Shown here: piece by piece, positions 54,701-64,000 of the stretch | How positions within the stretch are numbered: position 1 is the stretch's first letter | Layout of the letters: every line of letters starts with the position of its first letter | NCBI GenBank assembly: GCA_051362555.1 | Contig: CM120646.1 | Location: 10,354,001 to 10,418,000, forward strand | Source: Lingula anatina | Lineage: Eukaryota; Animalia; Brachiopoda | Length of the DNA stretch: 64,000 nucleotides | Reading direction: 5' to 3' | Notes under the pieces: generated by a model | The model's input: the letters and a program-made list of their open reading frames with translations, nothing else | The model's database searches: none | Told to the model about the DNA's origin: nothing | Position numbers and translations under genes: made by a program

Positions 54701-56309
54701 CTGTGATTATAATACATGTCAAAGCAGAAATGAATTTCTTTTTTTGTTATTTTTAGGGTTAGGGGGAGTGTTTTAACACCTATAATTTTTAAAGCTACTT
54801 AAATTGTCTTTTTGACAATTAAATTAAATTGTCAAATATTTTGCAGCCATGGCAGCTGCCTTGGATGACTCGGTGAAGAATGTGACCAAAGCTCTGAATG
54901 AACGGGGCATGTTGAACAACTCTGTGATAGTGTTCAGCACAGATAATGGTGGTCCTGCTGCTGGTTTTAATGCCAACCATGCCTCCAACTGGCCACTGAG
55001 GTGCTCATTCTCTCTCTCTCTCTTTCTCTTTCTCTCTCTCTCTCTCATGTATTCACTCACCAAAACTTTTCCTCAGTAATATACTGCTGTACAGGTGTAG
55101 CAGCTAAATTTGGCATTGTATTTGTATGGCCAACATCCAAACATAATATGTCCAAAATTGATGAATTTTGTCATTTCTTTTTGAAAGACTCTCAATTGGC
55201 ATTGTACTTAAGTGATTAAGAAATTGAAAGAAATGTTGCTAATGAGCCTAATGTCTTGTATTTCACATCTGTACGTGTACCTTTCATATTTGTTTTCTAG
55301 AGGTGTGAAGGCAACACTTTGGGAGGGAGGTGTGAGAGGCGCTGGCTTTATATGGAGCCCTCTCATCAAAAATTCTGCCAGAAAACTTCCTGATCTCATG
55401 CACATCTGTGACTGGCTACCAACCCTGTATCATATTGCCGGAGGAGACTCATCCACACTAAAAAATCTTGATGGATTCAATGTGTGGAATACTCTATCAC
55501 TGGATGCCCCCACCCCCAGAGTTGATTTGCTGCATAATATTGATCCCATGTTGAATTACTCAGCTGTAAGGGTTGGCGAGTACAAGCTTATCTTGGGTCA
55601 TACTTATGGTGGTACTTGGGATGGCTGGTATGCTCCCGAACAATACCATCTACTGGATGAAACAAAGCTCGATAGAGACTCGCAGCAGTACAAGACATGG
55701 CCAGACATTTCTGATACAGCAAAAAACACTGTGAAGATGACACAATCTGAGACAGGTAATAAGAAAAATGACATATCACATGAAGTAAAGCCCGATGGAC
55801 GAATACTTCTCAAGAGGAGCATTGGATATTCAGACCAAAAGAGTGATTTCATGCCATTTTCTGATAAATTGGCGGCACATATTGGGATGTCTGCAATTAA
55901 TTCTGGGAAACATGCAATGGAATCTGGGAAATCTCTAAAAAATCATGGAATTGAAAATAATGTGGTGCTAGACAAAGAGCTTCTTGGCATTGTGTCCCGA
56001 TATATTCCAGTAGATGTGGACACGTTTCACCTCACAGTGACTCCAGATGTGGTGACTTGTGGAGCCAAGCCTGCCAATGCTAGTACCAACTGTCAGCCCA
56101 CGATATCACCCTGTCTGTATCACATAGTGAAAGACCCTTGTGAGTACAACAATATAGCAAATGAAAATCCACAACTCGTGGCAAAAATGTTGACAAGACT
56201 GAAAGAATTCAATGCTACTGCAGTGCCCCCTAGGAATAAACCACAGGACAAGAGAGGCCTCCCTATGTTCAATAATGGCGCCTGGGTACCATGGATGGAT
56301 GGGCTATGA
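41578..56309 (+). CDS. ARSB: arylsulfatase B-like (ARSB/I/J family) lysosomal or secreted sulfatase, ~637 aa, 8 coding exons
   Basis: Exons 41578-41688, 42212-42371, 44555-44667, 48778-48891, 49113-49238, 54554-54680, 54847-55000 and 55301-56309 join in frame. Motifs: signal peptide, [16 protein letters not shown], formylglycine motif [76 protein letters not shown]. Exact orthology among ARSB/I/J is not resolved. Confidence 0.95.
42372..42490. repeat. (GT)n microsatellite starting at the exon 2 splice donor of the sulfatase
   Basis: ACAG|GTGTGTGT...; interrupted GT repeats continue to ~42486. Confidence 0.9.
42780..45310. repeat. old, degenerate interspersed repeat units in sulfatase introns 2-3
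   Basis: Recurrent GGTGATTRTGCTGTTAAGCATTATG-like motif (~42790, 43087, 43399, 43475, 44011, 45190). GTGAAATTTTCA..GCATTTT at ~42974, 43273 and 45081. TGTCTGAACA..CTTTGCTGCCT at ~44093 and 45272. Confidence 0.6.
44737..44899 (+). mobile_element. short MITE-like element (CAGGCCCATAGCCAG ... CCCCCCCTGG)
   Basis: Shares ends and the GGACCTTTT core with 30907-31054 in opposite orientation. Confidence 0.55.
45712..46705. mobile_element. TTAA-flanked non-autonomous DNA transposon (Kolobok-like termini)
   Basis: TTAA|AGGGATAACAA ... TTGTTATCCCT|TTAA gives an 11-bp TIR and a TTAA TSD. Related copies at ~50335-50658 (inverted) and ~63168-63342 (partial). Confidence 0.85.
45777..46390. mobile_element. 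nested MITE with 26-bp TIRs (including a probable TA TSD) inside the TTAA element
   Basis: TAGACTTGCCCTTCAAGAAATCGACG / CGTCGATTTCTTGAAGGGCGAGTCTA (1 mismatch). Absent from the sister copy near 50590, which shows a single TA at this position. Confidence 0.85.
50335..50658 (-). mobile_element. truncated inverted copy of the TTAA/Kolobok-like element nested in HINE copy 1
   Basis: CAGGGACTAACTTTGAATGTA..GGATTCATTAACCATTGG is the reverse complement of ~46395-46438. Ends TTATCCCT|TTAA. Absent at the equivalent site of HINE copy 2 (~59240). Confidence 0.8.
50722..51573. repeat. ~146-147-bp tandem array (~6 units) inside HINE copy 1
   Basis: Unit starts at 50722, 50869, 51015, 51162, a deleted unit near 51290, and 51428. 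A partial unit resumes at ~54066. Confidence 0.95.
51574..54065. mobile_element. ~2.5-kb TIR-type DNA transposon derivative inserted into a satellite unit
   Basis: Left end AACCCATTACAGTGACGTCAT..GCGGCCATTCTGGAGGGA; right end (reverse complement) AACCCATTGTAGCCCTCGTCAT..GCAGCCATACTGGAGGGA. The satellite unit is interrupted at CTAT and resumes with TAT..TTATATCTCCAAAACT. No intact ORF. Confidence 0.75.
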
Positions 56310-56467
56310 ATTTTCCATTTTTTCTTGTTAATTTTTTTCTATCTTTTGTATTCTTCTGTATCCCTTTTTTAAAATCTCTTTTAACAGTTTGAACTTGAAT
56401 TGTTCACAGTATTTGTTCATCATTTTGATGTGAAATGATGTTCTTTGCATGGGTGCTTGATGTTATA

Positions 56468-57245
56468 CATCATCATCATTTATTAACGTGTCATGTGTAT
56501 AGAACACTGAGCCCTTCGGGCTTATAAGACACTTGTTGCATACAATTTTTCCTGTCTTAAATCAAAAATCTTAACAATAAATTTTGCTAATTGCCTCAAA
56601 CTTTTTTCCATTAAGTCTTCTATAGAAATGTCATTTGTATAATTTTTTTGAATCTCCAACTTTTTATAAAATTTATATCTTTCCTCTGTGTAAGTAGTGC
56701 ACCGAAGTAAGAAATAACTCTCATCTTCTAGTTCTTTTTTGCATACTTGGCATATTCTTTCATTTAAAGGTGTATTTGTATACCGTCCAGTTTCTACATG
56801 CAAAGGCAAAATTCCCAATCGAAATTTTTTTAAATGTCATATATGTTTGAAATTAAGGAAATTTCAAAATGTCTTTTTTCCATTTAATTTGGACTTTTTC
56901 ATAAAAGAGTTTTTTAATGTATTCTATATCCACAATTTGTTTGTTTAAAAAATGGGTTTCCATATTACAGAATTTGAGTATCTCTCTTACCTCAGAGGAA
57001 CAGTTTTTTTTTCCCCAATTTGTAATCTTCTAAAAAAATCTGTTTACCAAGTCTTTCATTTTGGGCGAGTATTAAATTGTTCCAAAGTCTAAGTATGTTC
57101 AACCACCTATTAAATTTCAGTGATATCCAACCTGAGTTGTACAGACTAATTTTTGGTGTAAATCAGTGTACTCCTAAATAGTATCTTAACGCATTGAACA
57201 TAACTTTTTCACAGGTTTCACTTTCTGAAAATCCCAAGCCACACA
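56468..57245 (-). mobile_element. degraded LINE (L2/Crack/Daphne-type) ORF2 3' portion, antisense and just downstream of the sulfatase stop
   Basis: GILPLHVETGRYTNTPLNERICQVCKKELEDESYFLLRC motif; upstream ESETCEKVMFNALRYYLGVH; minus-strand AATAAA followed by a (TGA)n tail near 56468-56485. Confidence 0.85.
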
Positions 57246-58302
57246 ACTGTTAAACAATTTTTGGTATGTGGAGAATCCCATTTGACCAACCTTTTTTGAT
57301 TTTGCTATAATTAAACCCAGTGCTAATTATGGATGAAAGCAATCTGAAAGTCAAATGCATTTCTTTTCTCCATTTTCTGTCATTGGTCTCTGGGTTAAAA
57401 GAGTGTACTGGGTTATTTCTTTTTATCTTGTATGTTTTCATATTATATTTTCTCCAACTATTTGATCACCTGTTTTTGTTCATCATAATGATTTTTTACT
57501 TAATTTACTGTAGCATAATTTTTCTATAATTGACTCAGAACAATAAAGGCTGTCCTTTTGTTGTCAGATTTTAATTTGGTGGTTCTGGTCTGTACATTGT
57601 AGATGATGTACTCAGGATTTTTACAATCCTTGGAAGATAATCTTAGTTACCTGACACTTTAGGATTGGATGAGATCTGTCAACATAATGTACAAGTATAA
57701 ATAATATTTGTTGTAAGTTTATACCATAGAAAGCACTTGCCTTTTCTATAAGTTTTCCAGATTTTTTTTCACTTTTGACTGCTGTCCCTGGAAAGTGGTT
57801 TTTGCTTCCTGAAAAAGGGGAAGGCATGCGCGTTATCTTCTATTTCCAATTCCTCAAAACTGACATGCACAATTTTATTTCTTTTTTGCGTATCTTGATA
57901 TCTTCTCACATATCATCAAATTGTTTTTGAGAGACAAAAGGTAGATATAAGATAGATTAGTCATTAAGACCTTTAGAGATTATAATAACAACACTGTTTC
58001 CTCACAAACAGAAAATTTCCTATTTACTATTTTATGATAAATATTTTTATTGTATTATTCTTTTTTCAGATATTATTTCTGAATATTTCTTAGAACATAA
58101 AATCAAGTGCAATATATAACAATACTTTTTGTATTATACTTTATGATACATTGGGCAGTTTATTCTTATTAAGGTGGAGGGGCTTCTTGTTCAAATATTT
58201 TATTCAGAATAGATGAAATCCACATTGGAGATTTATTTAATAAATATGCACATACTAGAATCATACCAATGGGTATCCGTCTCAAATGTGTGTTACAGCA
58301 TG

Positions 58303-61300
58303 TATAATTGTACCACCAGCGTTAGCGCTGGCGGTACACATGGTTTCGGTCCCGTCCGGATCGTTCCGCCGGCTCCGCCGGCTCTGCCGGCTCCGTTGGC
58401 TCCGCCGGACGGCTACCGTTACCGCTTCTCCTCCTAGACGGTAAGGGCCCCCGTACCCATCTCATGGATTTAGGTCACCTATAATCTCAACTCGTTCCAC
58501 GTAAAATTTGGGCTTTGTCGGTATTGGGGTCTGGGTGTGGCACTCATTGCAATGCACCCTTGTCTAAAAATGGCAAAATTAAATGCTAATTATCTACCCT
58601 ACGGAAGGAGTTATGGGAAAAATTTCTATAGACGGCTTTCCAAAAGTCATATGTGTAGATTTCAAATATACCTTTGGATTTGACCTTTGACCTTTACTTC
58701 AAGGTCAAATGGGCCAAAATTTTCAAAAAAATTAAATTTTTTACGAAAAAAATTTTTTTTGCCCTGTTATTCAGACACCACACAGACTTAACCAATAATA
58801 TTATTGGAAGGTGTTACCCTTCAGGTCATCTTTCATCTCCATGAATTTGGGGTCAATCGGTGCATTTTCACGGGAGTAGCGGCCATAAGATACCGAAACT
58901 GAAAACTGTCTCTAATTCGGGAACCGTTAATGCTAGAGACCCATTCTTTTTTGCATTTTGTAGAGCATGTAAAGCCCAACACTGGAGGTGGTCTCGGTTT
59001 TTTTGTATTCCATACGGTTTTCGAGTTACGCTGTATCAAAAAGTGCATATTGGTGGTAAAAGCAAAATGTGCAGTACGGTAATGGATAATAAATTTTGAA
59101 CTCTGGAAAAATAAAACATAAGGCTTGGCAAAGCAGACAACTTGTGTTCAAAAATGACATTATTTCATCAAATTTGAACTTCTGAAACTTCAGAGCACCT
59201 CCTATTTCAAGAATTTTGACCAAAATGACATTTTTTTTATTTTAATTAATTTTTTCTGTACGAAATTTAAGGCACATTATGGTAACTCCAAAATTATAAC
59301 ATTTAGTCCCTTATATCTCCAAAACTGGCAGAGATAGGTCCATAGTTACTATTGAACTTGAATAGGAAGTCATATACTGGCAATCTTACTATGACCTTGA
59401 AAGTGACCTTTGACCTACTTTTCACCATGAACTGAACTTTGCAAATTTTTCTTCCCTTTTATCTCCAAAACTGGCAGAGATAGGTCCATAGTTACTATTG
59501 AAGTTGAATAGGAAGTCATATACTGGCAATCTTACTATGACCTTGAAAGTGACCTTTGACCTACTTTTCACCATGAACTGAATTTTGCAAATTTTTCTTC
59601 CCTTTTATCTCTGGCAGAGATAGGTCCATAGTTACTATTGAACTTGAATAGGAAGTCATATACTGGCAATCTAAATGTGACCTTAAAATTGACCTTTGAC
59701 CTACTTTTCACCATAAACTGAACTTTGCAAAATTTGCTTCCCTTTTATCTCCAAAACTGGCAGAGATAGGTCCATAGTTACTATTGAACTTGAATAGGAA
59801 GTCATATACTGGCAATCTTAATGTGACCTTAAAATTGACCTTTAACCTACTTTACACCATGAACTGAATTTTGCAAATTTTGCTTCCCTTTTATCTCTGG
59901 CAGAGATAGGTCCATAGTGACTATTGAACTTGAATAGGAAGTCATATACTGGCAATCTAAATGTGACCTTAAAATTGACCTTTGACCTACTTTTCACCAT
60001 AAACTGAACTTTGCAAATTTTGCTTCCCTTTTATCTCCAAAACTGGCAGAGATAAGTCCATAGTTACTATTGAACTTGAATAGGAAGTCATATACTGGCA
60101 ATCTAAATGTGACCTTAAAATTGACCTTTGACCTACTTTTCACCATAAACTGAACTTTGCAAAATTTGCTTCCCTTTTATCTCCAAAACTGGCAGAGATA
60201 GGTCCATAGTTACTATTGAACTTGAATAGGAAGTCATATACTGGCAATCTAAATGTGACCTTAAAATTGACCTTTGACCTACTTTACACCATGAACTGAA
60301 TTTTGCAAATTTTGCTTTCCTTTTATCTCCAAAACTGGCTGAGATAGGTCCGTAGTTACTATTGAACTTGAATAGGAAGTCGTATACTGGCAATCTAAAT
60401 GTGACCTCAAAATTGACCTTTGACCTACTTTTCACCATAAACTGAACTTTGCAAATTTTGCTTCCCTTTTATCTCCAAAACTGGCAGAGATAGGTCCATA
60501 GTTACTATTGAACTTGAAAAGGAAGTCATATACTGGCAATCTAAATGTGACCTTAAAATTGACCTTTGACCTACTTTACACCATAAACTGAATTTTGCAA
60601 ATTTTGCTTTCCTTTTATCTCCAAAACTGGCTGAGATAGGTCCGTAGTTACTATTGAACTTGAATAGGAAGTCATATACTAGCATTATAAATGTTACATT
60701 AAAATTGACCTTTGTCCTACTTTTCACCATAAACTGAACTTTGCAAATTTTGCTTCCCTTTTATCTCCAAAACTGGCAGAGATAGGTCCATAGTTACTAT
60801 TGAACTTGAATAGGAAGTCATATACTGGCAATCTAAATGTGACATTAAAATTGACCTTTGTCCTACTTTTCACCATGAACTGAACTTTGCAAGATTTGTT
60901 CCCTTTTATCTCCTAAACTGGCAGAGATAGGTCCATAGTTACTATTGAACTTGAATAGAAAGTCATATACTGGCAATCTAAATGTGACCTTGAAATTGAC
61001 CTTTGACCTACTTTTTATCATGAACTGAACTCTGCTAATTTCTTTCCCTTTTAACTTCAAACTTGACAGAGATAGGTCCATAGTTACTCTTGAACTTGAA
61101 TAGGAAGTCATATACTGGCAATTTACTGTGACCTTGAAATTGACCCTTGACCTACCTTACGAAGAACTTAAATTTGATTGTACCATATATATTTTTTGCA
61201 ATAGTTTAAAAATTCTTGTTGATTGCATTTTTACAGCTTGTCAAGCACAAAACTGGTGGCTATGTCCCTTATTTTGTGTATGTGGGGGTCTATACGAATG

Positions 61301-61361
61301 CGCTTGCTCCAGCTGGTGGTACAATATTCGGAGGCGGTATCGCCTCTCTGATCCTCTAGTT
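58303..61361 (+). mobile_element. structurally complete Helentron-type non-autonomous element (HINE/DINE-1-like), copy 2
   Basis: 5' subTIR ATTGTACCACCAGC (58307-58320) forms a hairpin with CGCTGGCGGTAC (58326-58337). 9-bp GGCTCCGCC microrepeats follow, then the central tandem array. Exact 3' subTIR GCTGGTGGTACAAT (61312-61325), 3' stem-loop GAGGCG-GTAT-CGCCTC (61331-61346), terminal CTAG-TT. No TSD seen. Confidence 0.88.
59309..61155. repeat. 146-bp tandem satellite-like array (~12.7 units)
   Basis: Highly similar units CCTTTTATCTCCAAAACTGGCAGAGATAGGTCCATAGTTACTATTGAACTTGAATAGGAAGTCATATACTGGCAATC..TGACCT.. with a period of 146 bp (two units are 140 bp). Confidence 0.97.
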
Positions 61362-61747
61362 ATAAGTATAATTTGATGGAAAGGAATATGAAAATACTTG
61401 AAAATGAATAAATACATCAGTAAAAATACATGAACTATGTTTTATACTCACTTTGTAATAAAAGTAAGCATGAGTGTTTGGTCCTAATTGAATCATAAAA
61501 GTGTCACATGTAGCAGCCCCCTTGCTCAATATACTATATAACGATTAAATCACATCAAAAATTAATTTCTATTCCCTGGAATGGTGAACATCCTAAACGT
61601 CCTGGATCTGCCCTTATTTTGGTTCTGTAAATGTTTATTAACAACAAATTTATTTATTTTTGACTTCTTTATTATCCCCACATTTTGGGACAAAAGTCGG
61701 TGTTCCTGTTATCCTGCCCATGTGTGCATTCGCAATTCCCACCGTCT

Positions 61748-61910
61748 TCCTGTAATGGTCTCTAAGCCTCTCACATGCCTCCCCACGTGTCGTCCCTAGA
61801 CTGGTTGCATTGAGACGAGTTTTACTTACTGTGCCCCTGCAGAGAGACCATTACAGGATTAAGCGGTCTTCCTTTCATGTAGGTCTGCCATATTTAGGCC
61901 ATGGACCAGC
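61748..61910. mobile_element. second member of the palindromic MITE family seen at 10608-10900
   Basis: Perfect 16-bp inverted repeat TCCTGTAATGGTCTCT (61748-61763) / AGAGACCATTACAGGA (61843-61858). The right arm continues with similarity to 10806-10870. Confidence 0.65.
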
Positions 61911-62714
61911 TAACACTCAGCTTTTCTCATTTTGAATGGCCCCAATGTTACATTGTGTACCCTAACTGGCTCTCTAAGCTACAATTAAAATTGTAAAATA
62001 CACTGTACTATATACATATCAGGCTAACAGAAACATATCCTTTTAGTTCCTGATGGCATGCTCACAACATTTCAAGACTTGGTATATTATGGCATCATGC
62101 ATTATTAAATAATACATATCATGAATGTTAAAGCTGTCAAGATATTTCCAAGATCTTTAAGAGAAAATTAATTCTTTGGTCATGTGAGGTACAAACATCA
62201 TTTAAATTATTCTCTGAAGAGGTCCGTGCTGTCCATAAACACTTGGGGACTTTGTATCTGTCATGTATTGAACAACAAAATCAACTTTGTATAGATGTAT
62301 TTGTATATATACATTAAAACATTGTGTAGGGATTTTCCTTTTTTCCTGGTATATTAATAGTAATTTTGTAATCATTATTAATTTTTATTCAGGCAGTGGA
62401 GCACCTGTTGGAATATGGATTGGACAAAACACCAAAGATCTGCCAGCCAGACTTTTTAGTTCTTAGGCTAAATATAGCCATTCTGATTTTAAGAAATATT
62501 GCTATGAATATGGAATTTAATTTTGTTCAAATAGTAATAATGAGACTTCAGATATTTTGATTTACAAGAAAGAGTTGGACGTTACTTTTAAAATACCAAA
62601 ATTGTAATTCTAAGAAAGACGTAATGTGTATTATTATTTATTTTTAAGACATGCATTAATATTTAAATTTATGGATTAAGTTGGCAAATTCATTAAATTG
62701 TTTAAAAGTTTACT

Positions 62715-62912
62715 GTTTGACCTTGAATAAAGGTCGAATGTCAAATCCAAGGGCATATTTGGAATCTCCACATATGACTTTTGGTCAGTCTTGTATAGTA
62801 ATTTTTCCTGTAATTCCTTCGGTTTGGGAGATATTTAGCATTGAATGATCAAATATTTTGACAAGGGTGCGTTTCAAGGAGCGTCACATCCAGGCCAATG
62901 TACCGACTGAGA

Positions 62913-62960
<48 letters not shown>

Positions 62961-63150
62961 GGGGTTCAAGTTGAGATTATATATGTGACCTAAATCCAAG
63001 AGATGGGGGCACAGGCCCTTGTGGTCTAGGAGGAGAAGCGGTCACGGTGACTTAATTGTATCCCAGGCTGGGAGCTGGCAGAGCTGTACGAGACTGGTCA
63101 GGACTAAAACCATGAGTACTGCCAGCGTACACGCTGATGGTACTAATAAT
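62715..63150 (-). mobile_element. 5' fragment of the same HINE family (copy 3, inverted)
   Basis: Reverse complement begins TTATTAGTACCATCAGCGTGTACGCTGGCAGTACTCATGGTTTTAGTCC and follows the left arm to the TTCAAGGTCA motif. Internal poly-A run at ~62914-62959. Confidence 0.85.
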
Positions 63151-63167
63151 TTAGAGTGTTTCCCCCA

Positions 63168-63337
63168 TCTCTTAAGAGATTATGAGAGGTTAATCACCTG
63201 TGAAGACTGAATGTCACATATGGTTCAAGGGCAAGCACAGATTCTAGAATAATTGCAAGAACCACCATTTTGGTGGTAAAATAGAATGTATTATATTTAT
63301 CTGAGTTGTTTACAATGTATTCAATGTGAAATATTAA

Positions 63338-63342
<5 letters not shown>
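63168..63342 (+). mobile_element. partial copy of the TTAA/Kolobok-like element
   Basis: CTCTTAAGAGATTAT and CCATTTTGGTGGTAAAATAGAAT.TATTATATTT match 46516-46690. Confidence 0.7.
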
Positions 63343-63380
<38 letters not shown>

Positions 63381-64000
63381 CTATATATTTATATGTAAAT
63401 AAGTATGTATGTGTAATATATCCCATGATGGAGATTTATTTAAACTTCCTTTATAAACTATATCTTTTTCCTTCTTCCTTTTTCTTCAAACTACTTTTTC
63501 TGTGGGTGACATGGTTATGCTAAAAGTATTATAAGACTTATGTGAATAAATATATTTTTGGTGTTTTTGGTACTACACTTTTTTAGTTTTTGCTATTATT
63601 TGGTAACCAACGACATTGCTTAAAAGCGGACATGCATGTGCAAAACTCCCGACCCAATGTTTCAAAGGTTTAAGGGATCTAGGATATTAACGAAAAACTC
63701 CAAAACTAATGCAGCTAATGAAATTTCCTATTAACTTAAAGATAAGGTCTAGCAAGCAAAACAATTTTTCAAAGTTTGTAGTCACAGTGTAACACTAGTG
63801 ACGTAATATCAGCGTTTTGAGGCTAAAATTGTCTTTTTTTTAATCAAGAATTTCTCTTAAACAAAAAGCCCTATTCATACGATTGAAATAGCTATCTAAA
63901 AGTTAGCACAAACTCCAGTGATCTCTGTCAGGATTTTCTCTTTTTATTTTTGCTTTTGATTTTATTTTGATAAAACGTGAATTTTACGAAATATATATGG

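Noticed and set aside
59309-61155. Regular repeat array as a possible CRISPR, and ORFs 60133-60438, 60425-60730, 60863-61111 and 50872-51114 as genes
   Set aside because: Units are contiguous near-identical 146-mers with no unique spacers, no cas genes and a eukaryotic context. The ORFs are translations of the satellite.

Overview
AT-rich, intron-containing animal genomic DNA, probably a lophotrochozoan such as a mollusc (inferred from gene and repeat style, not proven). Three protein-coding genes can be assembled with consistent GT-AG phases. (1) A + strand orphan type-I membrane protein with two divergent CUB-like domains and cytoplasmic PPxY/LPxY motifs (~3962/7188-10549). (2) A - strand transcription factor with seven C2H2 fingers and a compact unnamed N-terminal domain (21965-18166; candidate 5'UTR exon near 35960). 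(3) A + strand arylsulfatase B-like gene (8 coding exons, 41578-56309), probably head-to-head with gene 2 across a shared promoter near 36.1-36.3 kb. Repeats include three LINE 3' fragments and several MITEs, some nested. A Helentron-type (HINE/DINE-1-like) non-autonomous family is present as two long copies carrying ~146-bp tandem arrays rich in nuclear-receptor-like TGACCT direct repeats, plus two fragments. No rRNA, tRNA or CRISPR array was recognised. All coordinates and alignments were done by eye.
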